Of a DNA stretch of 64,000 nt, positions 38,619-47,079 are shown in pieces. A program made the translations under genes and the position numbers. The stretch covers positions 2,304,001-2,368,000 of the forward strand of contig OZ242311.1 in assembly GCA_965207885.1 (NCBI GenBank), in the 5' to 3' direction. The DNA comes from Candidatus Latescibacterota bacterium. Lineage in GTDB: Bacteria; Latescibacterota; UBA2968. The notes beneath the pieces are model-generated. The model worked only from the letters and a program-made list of their open reading frames with translations. It was not told where the DNA came from and did no database searches. Within the stretch, counting starts at the first letter, position 1. Every line of letters begins with the position of its first letter.

Positions 38619-39834
38619 ACTCGCAATTAACGGTGGAGAAAAGGCCAAAACCGTTCCTTACAATCAACCGAATAAATATACCGATGAAGAGCGCGAATTG
38701 TTGCTCGAGGTTCTCGATTCGGGTAAACTGATGGGGCCAGATGGGAAAGTCGCGGATTTTGAAGCTGAAATATGTCGCGCATTTGAGGTCAAACACGCGA
38801 TTATGGTGACATCTGGCACGGTTGCACTGCAAACGGCTCTTGCCGCGCTGGGTGTGTCCGAAGGCGATGAGGTTATTACTACGTCTATGACGGATTTTGG
38901 TACGACTGCGGCCATTCTCGCGCTGCACGCTATCCCGATTTTTTCTGATATCGATTTGTCAACCCGCCTGCTCGATCCTCAAAAGGTGCGCGAGAAAATT
39001 ACGGATAAGACCAGGGTTATTATTACTGTTCATATGGCCGGTATGCCCTGTGATATGGATGCGTTTCTGGAGATTAGCGAGGAAACAGGGGTCAAAATTC
39101 TCGAAGATTGCGCGCAGGCACACGGCGCAACCTATCGCGGTCATTTTGTTGGTGCGATTGGACACGCCGCAGGATTTTCCATGAATGAATCCAAGCAGAT
39201 TTCCACTGGCGATGGCGGTTTTGTCACGACCAATGACGATGAGACCGCTGAAATTGCCCGTCTTTTCCGCGATAAAACCTATTTGCGGGGTCAGAAACTC
39301 GAACGCGGTGTGCAACCCATTCCTTTTTTTGGTACTAATTTGCGCCCGACCTGCTTGCAAGCCGCTGTCGCTATTGCACAACTCCACAAGCTCGAGTACC
39401 TCGTTGCACGTCGCGACCAGATTGTTCGGCGATACTATGCCGAACTCGGCGATCTGCCCCATCTCGATTTTCCGAAAATTGCCGATAATGTCCATCCTTC
39501 GTGGTGGCCGCTTGCCATTCGCTATACGGGTAGCGCGCCAACGCGAGATGAACTCGTCGCTATTTTTCGCGCCGAGGGTGTTTCCATTAATACGAGCATG
39601 TCCGCAGTGAAAAATATTCTCCGCACGGAAGTTATCCAGAAACGCAAGTACTATCCTTTAACGGACGATATTCCGATATTCTGGCAAAATACTGTGTACA
39701 ATCCCGATGACTGTCCCAATGTCGATACCCTGCAAGCCACTTGTCTGCGCCTTCCCGTGAATGAACGCTATACGGACGAGGATATCGATCAGACGATTGC
39801 GGCGGTGAAGAAGGTTTGGACGCACTATTTTTAG
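38611..39834 (+). CDS. DegT/DnrJ/EryC1/StrS PLP aminotransferase
   Basis: LAINGG, TSGT.AL, GDEVI, EDCAQAHGA, FSMNESKQISTGDGG. Start overlaps the upstream stop. Confidence 0.9.
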   Translation: MDELAINGGEKAKTVPYNQPNKYTDEERELLLEVLDSGKLMGPDGKVADFEAEICRAFEVKHAIMVTSGTVALQTALAALGVSEGDEVITTSMTDFGTTAAILALHAIPIFSDIDLSTRLLDPQKVREKITDKTRVIITVHMAGMPCDMDAFLEISEETGVKILEDCAQAHGATYRGHFVGAIGHAAGFSMNESKQISTGDGGFVTTNDDETAEIARLFRDKTYLRGQKLERGVQPIPFFGTNLRPTCLQAAVAIAQLHKLEYLVARRDQIVRRYYAELGDLPHLDFPKIADNVHPSWWPLAIRYTGSAPTRDELVAIFRAEGVSINTSMSAVKNILRTEVIQKRKYYPLTDDIPIFWQNTVYNPDDCPNVDTLQATCLRLPVNERYTDEDIDQTIAAVKKVWTHYF

Positions 39835-39852
39835 ATCGTGTTGCTTGTTGTC

Positions 39853-39881
39853 TTGACCAATTATCCAGTACTGAGTAAATT
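39853..39881 (+). promoter_or_regulatory. sigma70-type promoter for the amidohydrolase pair
   Basis: TTGACC-17 nt-TAAATT, 37 nt upstream of ATG 39919. Confidence 0.55.
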
Positions 39882-39918
39882 GTCCATCGCAAATCTACAA
39901 TAACTGGTAGAGCTAATC

Positions 39919-40740
39919 ATGACCTTAGATATCGAATCTGGCATTCGCCGTCCCAAAATTGATATGCACTGCCATGTCTGGCTTATGGATGGGTGGGAGC
40001 AGTCCGCTGATCATCTCGTCGCTTCGGGCGATATGCTCGGTATTACCGAATACTGGTGTTCCTCCGTTATCCAACAGGGCATTCTGGCACCTGTTGAGGA
40101 TGTGTATCCTCACAACGATACTATTCTGAGTGCAATGGCGCGCCATCCCAAACGTATTCGCGGCTGGTGTTTTCTCATTCCCGGTCATTTTCAAGGTGCT
40201 ATAGACGAAGCCGAGCGCTGTCTCAATGCGGGCATGATTGGTATTAAGCTCTACAATCAGTACCGCATCGACGATCCGGTTTTACACCCCATTCTCGAAT
40301 TGGCGAGCGAACGCCGCGTACCCATTCTTCAGCATGCGGGATATCCCGTTCCCGAACACCGCGCAAGCCAGCCGCTCATTTCACACGGTATTCATTTTAG
40401 CGAAGCCAGTGAAAAATATCCCGATGCGATTCTCGTTCACGCCCATATCGGGGGTGGGGGCGATTGGGAACACACGGTGCGCGAAATGCGCCAGGCGTCT
40501 CCCAATGTTTATGTCGATGTGTCGGGTAGCAATCTGGACGATGGACAGGTCGAATACGCGGTTTCAGAACTCGGCGTTGAGCGCGTGCTTTTTGGCACCG
40601 ATGGCACGATGGCTGGCTCGGTGGGCAAAGTTCTCGATGCAGACCTCACAGAGGACGAACGCGAACACATTTTTTGGACCAATGCCGAACGCATTCTCGC
40701 GCAACAAGGGGCTACGCCCACAGAACCTCGTACCAATTAA
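39919..40740 (+). CDS. amidohydrolase_2 family metallohydrolase
   Basis: IDMHCH, GIKL, LQH, HAHIGGGG, RVLFGTD. Confidence 0.88.
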   Translation: MTLDIESGIRRPKIDMHCHVWLMDGWEQSADHLVASGDMLGITEYWCSSVIQQGILAPVEDVYPHNDTILSAMARHPKRIRGWCFLIPGHFQGAIDEAERCLNAGMIGIKLYNQYRIDDPVLHPILELASERRVPILQHAGYPVPEHRASQPLISHGIHFSEASEKYPDAILVHAHIGGGGDWEHTVREMRQASPNVYVDVSGSNLDDGQVEYAVSELGVERVLFGTDGTMAGSVGKVLDADLTEDEREHIFWTNAERILAQQGATPTEPRTN

Positions 40741-40757
40741 AGGAAGAAAACAACCCA

Positions 40758-41555
40758 ATGCTCATAGATGTAAATGCCTGGCTCGGTACATGGCCTTTCC
40801 GCTCTCTGCGAGACAATACGCCCGATGCGCTTATCACACGCCTCGACCGGTCGGGTATTGACAAAGCTGTTGTCTCTTATATTGAAGCCGCATTTCACAG
40901 GCATCCGCAATCGGCGAATGAGCGGCTCGCCCGCGATGTTGAACCACATGGCGATCGCCTTATTCCAGTTGGTACAATTAATCCTCTGTCGCCGCATTGG
41001 GAAGATGATTTGACGGCTTGTATTGATCTCGGTATGAAGGGAGTTCGCCTTTTTCCGCAATATCACAATTACCAGACCGATGGTGCTGAGAGCCGAAGCG
41101 TTGTTCAAGCCTGTGCTCAGTGCAGTCTTCCAGTTTTTATTCCGCATAGACTCGAAGATGTTCGGCAGCATCACTGGATGGATCCGGGCCAGAGTGTTGA
41201 TCTGGCACAACTCGCCAATTTGATTGCGTCTGTGCCCGATGCCGCGATTATTATACCGAATGCCCGTCCGCTTGCGCGGTCACCGCTCTGGGTGCGAGAG
41301 GACCTGCGCGATTTGAACTGGTACGTGGATCTTTCACTGGCCGAAATTCACTATGGTCTGCACAAAAATACCAATGCGATGAAGGATCTGGGATATTTGA
41401 TTGAGGAAGGCGGTGCGAATCATATTCTTTTTGGCACGCATTTGCCCATCTCCTATGCTGGTCCAGCACTCGTAAAACTCGCGATCCTGCCCGTCGGTGA
41501 AGAGACGCTCGAAGATATCAAATACCGCACGGCTGCTAAACTTCTGAATCTTTAG
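40758..41555 (+). CDS. amidohydrolase_2-fold protein with degenerate metal motif
   Basis: IDVNAWLGTWPFR replaces DxHxH; GVRLFP.YH.Y; ILFGTH. Confidence 0.75.
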   Translation: MLIDVNAWLGTWPFRSLRDNTPDALITRLDRSGIDKAVVSYIEAAFHRHPQSANERLARDVEPHGDRLIPVGTINPLSPHWEDDLTACIDLGMKGVRLFPQYHNYQTDGAESRSVVQACAQCSLPVFIPHRLEDVRQHHWMDPGQSVDLAQLANLIASVPDAAIIIPNARPLARSPLWVREDLRDLNWYVDLSLAEIHYGLHKNTNAMKDLGYLIEEGGANHILFGTHLPISYAGPALVKLAILPVGEETLEDIKYRTAAKLLNL

Positions 41556-41576
41556 ATAGTACATCAAATAGTGCAA

Positions 41577-41618
41577 ACAAAATGCCCCTGTTTCTGCGAA
41601 TGAAATAGGGGCGTTTGT
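41577..41618. terminator. bidirectional intrinsic terminator between convergent genes
   Basis: ACAAAATGCCCCTGTTTC ... GAAATAGGGGCGTTTGT stem-loop (with G-U pairs). Confidence 0.7.
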
Positions 41619-41639
41619 GTTGGTATTAATGGCGTTTTA

Positions 41640-43250
41640 TTACACTTCACGGCACGGCTTTCGCACGATGACGAGGTTGAGGGTGGGATCCCGAAGAGCG
41701 TCTCGGAAGACGCTACGCATATAGTCGTCGGTGTCTTGTTCCTGTACTTCGCGGACTCGCGACGCACCACAGGCAAGGGCGAGGTCGCGCATGGTGACTT
41801 GCGGTCCGGCTTCGCCATTTATTTGAACGCCTTTGTCGGGGGTGGTTTGTCCGCCAGTGGTGAGCGAGCCGCCATTGTCGAGTACCATAACAATGGGTGT
41901 CGCACCTGTGGCGCGTGCATGGACGAGGGCATTGATGCCGCCGTGATAAAAGGCGGAGTCGCCACATATCGCAATGGTGCGTTCGGCAATATCCGTTTTG
42001 CTCAGGCCACAGGCCACGCCAATGGCAGATCCCATCGAAAGTTTGGTGTCGAGCATGGGAGCGGCCATTACCACACAGCCCGGGTCGGCAGATATAAAGG
42101 GGTTTTGGCCGAGGGCATTGGCTTCTTCGCGCAGTGCAGAAAGGATTTCCGTGAAGGGGCAGCCGGCGCAGTGGTTTTTGCGGAAGGGTTTTTCGCTTTC
42201 CCAATTTTCTTCGGTGTAGCGCGTGGTTGGCGAGAAACCCGGAAGATAGTTGTCGAGTGCGTTTTGTATTTGCCAGCGGAAGAGTTCACCCACGCTGGTG
42301 AGATGTCCCGTGCGTTTGCCCAGGATTGGCGGAGTAAAACCGGCGTCGTAACCAATGGCTTTGATGGCGTCTTCAACATAGGGATCGACTTCTTCAACGA
42401 CGAGTACTTCGCTGCACTTTGCGAGAAAGTCCGCGATGAGTTTTTGTGGGAGGGGGTACAGGGCACTGAGTTTGAGGATGGAGAGGTCAGATGTGTCTGT
42501 CCCTTCGAGTGCGTCGAGGAGTTTGGTGTGTACCATGCCGCAAGCGATGATGCCTTTCTTTCCGTTGCCATCTATGCTATTGAAGGGCAGGTCGCTAAAT
42601 TGTGCGGTGGCGCGCGCGATTTTTTCGTGTAATTCTGTGTGGTTGCCCACGGTTGTGCGAAGTGCCGATATCCAGCTCATTGGCTCGCGGTCGGGTTCGC
42701 GGGTGGGGTGTTGCGCTGCGGGGCGAAAGTCGGAAAGGGCTTGCGTGCTGACGCTATAACTTCTGGTCAGTCGCAATATCACGATGGATTGCAGGCTTTC
42801 CGAGTATTCAAAAGCCCATTTTATCATGTCGCGGCCTTCCCCGGGCGTGGCGGGTTCGAGCATTGGAAGTTCGGCCAGGGGACCGAGGGTGCGTGTATCT
42901 TGCTCGTTTTGCGATCCCCACGCGCCGGGATCATCGCCCATGACAATGACGAGTCCAGCGTGTACACCGGTCATGTTGAGCACCATCAGGGTATCGAGCG
43001 CAACGTTCATGCCCACGCTTTTGAGACATACGAGCGCGCGCTTGCCGCCTTGTGATGCACCGGCTGCCATATCCAGGGCAATGCGTTCATTGATACACCA
43101 CTCGGCGTGGTGCCCGTGATCTTTGGCCATTTCGGCCATGGCGTTAAATGTGTTTGTGCCGGGTGAACCGGGATACCCGGTTACAACGCCGACACCCGCT
43201 TCTACCGCACCCCAGGCCAGGGCGCGTTCTCCGTCAATGGTTTGGGTCAT
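41640..43250 (-). CDS. iorA: indolepyruvate:ferredoxin oxidoreductase alpha-subunit-like TPP enzyme lacking the C-terminal ferredoxin domain
   Basis: GYPGSP, EW.INE..A, K.VG.NVA.D, GDDPG..SQNEQD, CAGCP, SMGS.IG, TPP motif GDSAFYHGG...LDN, TGGQ. Ends at RKPCREV. Confidence 0.8.
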   Translation of the reverse strand: MTQTIDGERALAWGAVEAGVGVVTGYPGSPGTNTFNAMAEMAKDHGHHAEWCINERIALDMAAGASQGGKRALVCLKSVGMNVALDTLMVLNMTGVHAGLVIVMGDDPGAWGSQNEQDTRTLGPLAELPMLEPATPGEGRDMIKWAFEYSESLQSIVILRLTRSYSVSTQALSDFRPAAQHPTREPDREPMSWISALRTTVGNHTELHEKIARATAQFSDLPFNSIDGNGKKGIIACGMVHTKLLDALEGTDTSDLSILKLSALYPLPQKLIADFLAKCSEVLVVEEVDPYVEDAIKAIGYDAGFTPPILGKRTGHLTSVGELFRWQIQNALDNYLPGFSPTTRYTEENWESEKPFRKNHCAGCPFTEILSALREEANALGQNPFISADPGCVVMAAPMLDTKLSMGSAIGVACGLSKTDIAERTIAICGDSAFYHGGINALVHARATGATPIVMVLDNGGSLTTGGQTTPDKGVQINGEAGPQVTMRDLALACGASRVREVQEQDTDDYMRSVFRDALRDPTLNLVIVRKPCREV

Positions 43251-43293
43251 TTTTGTACTCCTGAGTGAAAAATCGGGTGATAGCATTGGAAAT

Positions 43294-43322
43294 ATTAAAG
43301 TGTGTGTGGGCGTATTTGTCAA
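43294..43322 (-). promoter_or_regulatory. possible sigma70 promoter for the iorA-like gene
   Basis: Minus strand TTGACA-17 nt-TTTAAT (TAATAT lies 2 nt further). Confidence 0.4.
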
Positions 43323-43349
43323 GCATAGAAGGGGTTGTACGGCGATGGG

Positions 43350-44720
43350 TCAAATAAATCCGATCATCCGCCAGTATAACAGGGTCAGTGGAAGCAGCGC
43401 GATGAGCGTTACCAGAGAAATCAGCGACATCACGAGTATGAATTGACCCATTCGAGCATAGCGAAAGCTGTACGCGACAATAAATGGCGCGCCCTGATAG
43501 GGAATGAAAACCACGCCTGTGCCAATTGCCAGACTGAGGGCGATAGGCAGGGGCGACAGGCCGAGTTGAGGCCCGAGGTCAAGCAGAAAGGGGGCGAGCA
43601 CGCCGCCAACCGCGGCGGTGTCCATTAAAAAATCAAATGGTACGGCCAAATACGCTATGAGGGCGAGTTGGGCAATGGGGGTTTCGACTGTTTGGAGATG
43701 GTGTATGAATACGGACGCGAGGGCTCGGTTGAGGCCAGATTGTTCGAGGGCGTGACCAATGGCAAAAACCGCGGAGATGAATATGAGAAGGGGAAAATTG
43801 ACTTTTTTGATGGTGTCAAAGGGCAAGGGACCCCAGCCGGGCAAATAGCAGAGGAGGACGAGGCTCAGGCCGATATAGACCGGGTGAATGCCGTGTATAA
43901 TATCGGTCGTCCACAGGAGAACACCTGCGATGAGAATGCCGAGTACTTTTTTTTCGGAACCGGTCATGTGTGTGGGAACATCGGCGATAGCGGAATGGCC
44001 CGAGAAATCGGGTTCCCGCGAGGGGCGAAATAGCAAGCGGATAAGGCCGTAGAGCAGGCCAACGCGCAGGAGGCCGATGATGGGAAAGAGATAATAGGCC
44101 CATTCGCTCCAGTAGATTGTGATATCGCGCGATTCCAGAACGCCGAGAATGACCAGGTTGGGCACGCCAGCCGTCAGGATGCCCGTGCCGCTGTAATACG
44201 TGGCGCAGGTCAGCGAGAGGACGAGAGCAGCGCTGACTTTTGAGTTGGGGGCTTCGCCGAGGGTTTTGAGCAGAGAGACGACCATTGGCATCAAGATGAG
44301 GATGCGCACGACGCCAGAGGGGATCAGCAGTGCCATTGTGAGGCCCAGGATGTGCAGGCCAAAGACGAGTTGCCGATATCCACTCAGGCGACCGAGGACG
44401 CTTTGGGCCATTCGCGCCCCCAAGGGGGTTTCAGTAATGCCCAGACTCAATGCCATTCCGGCAAAGACGAGCCAGACGGCTTTGCCGGAGAAGCCCTGAA
44501 AAGTGGTTTCAAAAGAGAGGATTTCGAGAAGCGGAAAGACTGTGAGGATGAAGATGGCGGTGTAGGAAATAGGAATGGGTTCAAAGGTCCAGAAAATAAC
44601 GGTGAGCGCGGTGAAAGCGAGCGCCATGCGGGCAGATATGCCGAGGTCACTGGGGAAGATGAAAATAAATAGTGCCAGCGCAGGACCGAGGATGAGGCCA
44701 ATGGTTTGAGATCGGGTCAT
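43350..44720 (-). CDS. SLC13/DASS-family anion (di/tricarboxylate or sulfate) transporter
   Basis: W.FEPIP, GF....VWLVFAG, IPSGVVR, TAGVPNL, PYQ..P, about 12 hydrophobic segments. Confidence 0.85.
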   Translation of the reverse strand: MTRSQTIGLILGPALALFIFIFPSDLGISARMALAFTALTVIFWTFEPIPISYTAIFILTVFPLLEILSFETTFQGFSGKAVWLVFAGMALSLGITETPLGARMAQSVLGRLSGYRQLVFGLHILGLTMALLIPSGVVRILILMPMVVSLLKTLGEAPNSKVSAALVLSLTCATYYSGTGILTAGVPNLVILGVLESRDITIYWSEWAYYLFPIIGLLRVGLLYGLIRLLFRPSREPDFSGHSAIADVPTHMTGSEKKVLGILIAGVLLWTTDIIHGIHPVYIGLSLVLLCYLPGWGPLPFDTIKKVNFPLLIFISAVFAIGHALEQSGLNRALASVFIHHLQTVETPIAQLALIAYLAVPFDFLMDTAAVGGVLAPFLLDLGPQLGLSPLPIALSLAIGTGVVFIPYQGAPFIVAYSFRYARMGQFILVMSLISLVTLIALLPLTLLYWRMIGFI

Positions 44721-44728
44721 AGGATTAT

Positions 44729-44800
44729 AGCGGTCAGCAGTTAGCTTTCAGCCCTCTCCCGTCCACCCCAAAGGCGATCAACCTGTTTTACCGACTGCCT
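44729..44800. repeat. degenerate heptamer-based repeat element, copy A
   Basis: AGCGGTC AGCAGTT AGCTTTC AGC followed by a C-rich core (CCTCTCCCGTCCACCCCAAAGGCGAT) resembling copy B. Confidence 0.55.
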
Positions 44801-44887
44801 GAGGTTGGGATTGGGCGATGAAACAACTAACAACATAATAGCGCAGTGAAGGCGAGACAAATGAATTGTAGGCAGATGGATTCACTA

Positions 44888-44916
44888 TTGATTAAGTACA
44901 GAAAATCGCGTAGTTT
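44888..44916 (+). promoter_or_regulatory. sigma70-type promoter for the nagA run
   Basis: TTGATT-17 nt-TAGTTT, followed by an AAGGAG RBS and ATG 44941. Confidence 0.5.
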
Positions 44917-44940
44917 AGCGCGCAGAAAGGAGACAAAATT

Positions 44941-46122
44941 ATGAATTTTAGAGGCAAATTGGTTGATTCGTCGCAGGTCGTAACCGTGCAAACAGATGGC
45001 GAGCAGATCGCGGCTATTCATCGCGGGGGCGCGGGTGATGCGATTGGTGGAGATGATGTGTGGATCGCGCCAGCGATTTTTGATGTGCAGGTCAATGGCG
45101 TGGGTGGAATCAACTATAAAGCCAAAGATTTGACGGTGGAGAAAATTGTGGAGACGGCAGCGTGGATGCACAGGACGGGTACGGGTTTGTGGTGTCCCAC
45201 GGTGACGACTTCATCTGAGGAAGATGCGGTTCACGGTCTGGCGCTGTTGGCAAAGGCGTGTGAGGAATCAGAAGTCGCGCGTGCGTCTTTTGTCGGGTTT
45301 CACGTTGAGGGACCTTATATCGCGTCTGAAGATGGTCCGCGCGGAGCGCATCCCCTGGCGCATGTGCGCGATCCAGATTGGGATGAATTTCAGCGGTATC
45401 AAGAAGCGGCTGGTGGGCGCATTGCGATTTTTACGCTTGCGCCCGAGCGAGACGGCGCATTGGAATTTATTGAGAAGGTGGCTGCAACGGGTGTTATTGT
45501 TTCAATTGGTCATTCGGGCGCGAGTCCCGAGCGCATCCAGGAGGCGGTTGCCGCCGGTGCCCAAATGTCAACCCATCTGGGCAATGGCGCGCATGCCGAG
45601 TTGCCGCGTCATCCCAATTATATATGGGAACAACTCGCGGCAGATGCGTTGTGGGCAGGGATTATTCCCGATGGGTTTCACCTGCCGCCTGCGGTGTTGA
45701 AGAGTTTTTATCGCGCAAAAGGCAAAGAACGCCTGTGTCTGGTGAGCGATGTGGCATCTATCGCTGGTCTGTCGCCGGGTATTTACGGCAGCGAGAGCGG
45801 GTTGGGACAGAGCGAATTGCACGCCAATGGCAAAATTTCGCTGGCGGGAACGCCTTATCTGGCAGGGGCGGGTTTATTTCTGGATAGTGGTATTCCCAAT
45901 GCCGTGCGGTTTACAGACGCTTCGCTGTCCGATGCTATTGAAATGACGTCGATTAATCCGGCGCGTTTGTTGGGGATAGAAGACCGCGTGGGGTCTGTGG
46001 ATGTCGGTAAAGAGGCGAGTTTGTCTTTGTTCCGCTGGGAAGAGGGGCAGGAGAAGTTGGACGTTGTGGCAACGGTGGTGCGGGGGCAGGTTGTTTATGA
46101 GAAAAAAGCTATCAGCGATTAG
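44941..46122 (+). CDS. nagA: N-acetylglucosamine-6-phosphate deacetylase-like amidohydrolase
   Basis: DVQVNG, PTVTT, HVEGPYI, GAH, TLAPE, SIGHS, THLGNG, DGFHLP, LVSD, LAG, NPARLLG. Confidence 0.8.
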   Translation: MNFRGKLVDSSQVVTVQTDGEQIAAIHRGGAGDAIGGDDVWIAPAIFDVQVNGVGGINYKAKDLTVEKIVETAAWMHRTGTGLWCPTVTTSSEEDAVHGLALLAKACEESEVARASFVGFHVEGPYIASEDGPRGAHPLAHVRDPDWDEFQRYQEAAGGRIAIFTLAPERDGALEFIEKVAATGVIVSIGHSGASPERIQEAVAAGAQMSTHLGNGAHAELPRHPNYIWEQLAADALWAGIIPDGFHLPPAVLKSFYRAKGKERLCLVSDVASIAGLSPGIYGSESGLGQSELHANGKISLAGTPYLAGAGLFLDSGIPNAVRFTDASLSDAIEMTSINPARLLGIEDRVGSVDVGKEASLSLFRWEEGQEKLDVVATVVRGQVVYEKKAISD

Positions 46123-46206
46123 CTTTCAGTTCCCCACCTCATCCGCCCCAGGGCAATGGAGAGGCTTGTTTAGCTGACTGCTGACCGCTGACTGCTGACT
46201 GCTAAC
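46107..46206. repeat. heptamer-based inverted-repeat element, copy B
   Basis: Left arm AGCTATC AGCGATT AGCTTTC AG. Right arm GCTGACT GCTGACC GCTGACT GCTGACT GCTAAC (reverse-complement-like units). About 40-nt spacer. Confidence 0.75.
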
Positions 46207-46218
46207 AAGGAATGCGAT

Positions 46219-47067
46219 ATGACGAAGAAAAAGGTTGTTCTAACAGGTGCATCGGGCTATGTAGCGGGGCGGATGTTGTCGGCATTGCGCGAGAGGTACG
46301 ATCTGACATTGTTGGATGTGAAGGCGACCAACCGCGAGGGTGAAGAAGTTGAAGGCGTGCAAATTGTGGATTTGGAAAATCCGGATCGGGATGCGTATCG
46401 CGCCCATTTTCAAGGTGCCGATGCCGTGGTACACAGCGGGTTTAAGGGGACTGTGGATTGGCAGCACACGGATTATTGGAAGGAGTCCGATAATGTTCGG
46501 ATGTGCCACAATGTGTACCAGACGTGTGTCGAAGAGGGTGTGAAACGCATTGTGGTGATGAGTTCAAATCACGCATGCGATTTTTACGAGCGGTTGATCT
46601 GGGCTGACCGATTGGATTTTGCCACGACTGATATGCTGCCTCTGTCTGATAATTTTTATGGTTGGGCAAAGTCGTCGTACGAACATCTGGCCTTTGTGTT
46701 TGCAACGGGCAATGCGACCAACGGCAAGCGGCTGGAGAGTGTCCACATCCGCATTGGCGCGCCCCGAGACACCATTATGGAAGGGCAGTCGGCCGATAAT
46801 TTGAAGCAGTTGCACCGCGAATTGGGCGCGTATTTGAGTGCGCGGGATTTGTCTCAACTGGTGATTAAGAGTATTGAGACAGAGAATATTGAAGATGAAA
46901 ATGGGGTGCCGTTTCAGGTGTTTTTTGGCATTAGTGGGAATACGCACCGGTTCTGGAATATCGACAATGCAAGGCGCGTTGTGGGATATGCGCCAGAGGA
47001 TGACAGTCAGATCCGGTTTGCGGGGGAGATTGCAGAGATTATTCAAGAAGCACAGAAAAAGCAATAA
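46219..47067 (+). CDS. NAD(P)-dependent epimerase/dehydratase family oxidoreductase (uronate-dehydrogenase-like)
   Basis: LTGASGYVA, SSNHA, YGWAK (YxxxK), RIG, YLS.RDL, G.S.N....W....AR..VGY.P.D. Confidence 0.8.
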   Translation: MTKKKVVLTGASGYVAGRMLSALRERYDLTLLDVKATNREGEEVEGVQIVDLENPDRDAYRAHFQGADAVVHSGFKGTVDWQHTDYWKESDNVRMCHNVYQTCVEEGVKRIVVMSSNHACDFYERLIWADRLDFATTDMLPLSDNFYGWAKSSYEHLAFVFATGNATNGKRLESVHIRIGAPRDTIMEGQSADNLKQLHRELGAYLSARDLSQLVIKSIETENIEDENGVPFQVFFGISGNTHRFWNIDNARRVVGYAPEDDSQIRFAGEIAEIIQEAQKKQ

Positions 47068-47079
47068 CGGGTTTTGAAT

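Noticed and set aside
46171-46206. Short tandem repeats considered as a CRISPR array
   Set aside because: 7-bp units with no spacers and no cas genes; recorded as a REP-like element instead.
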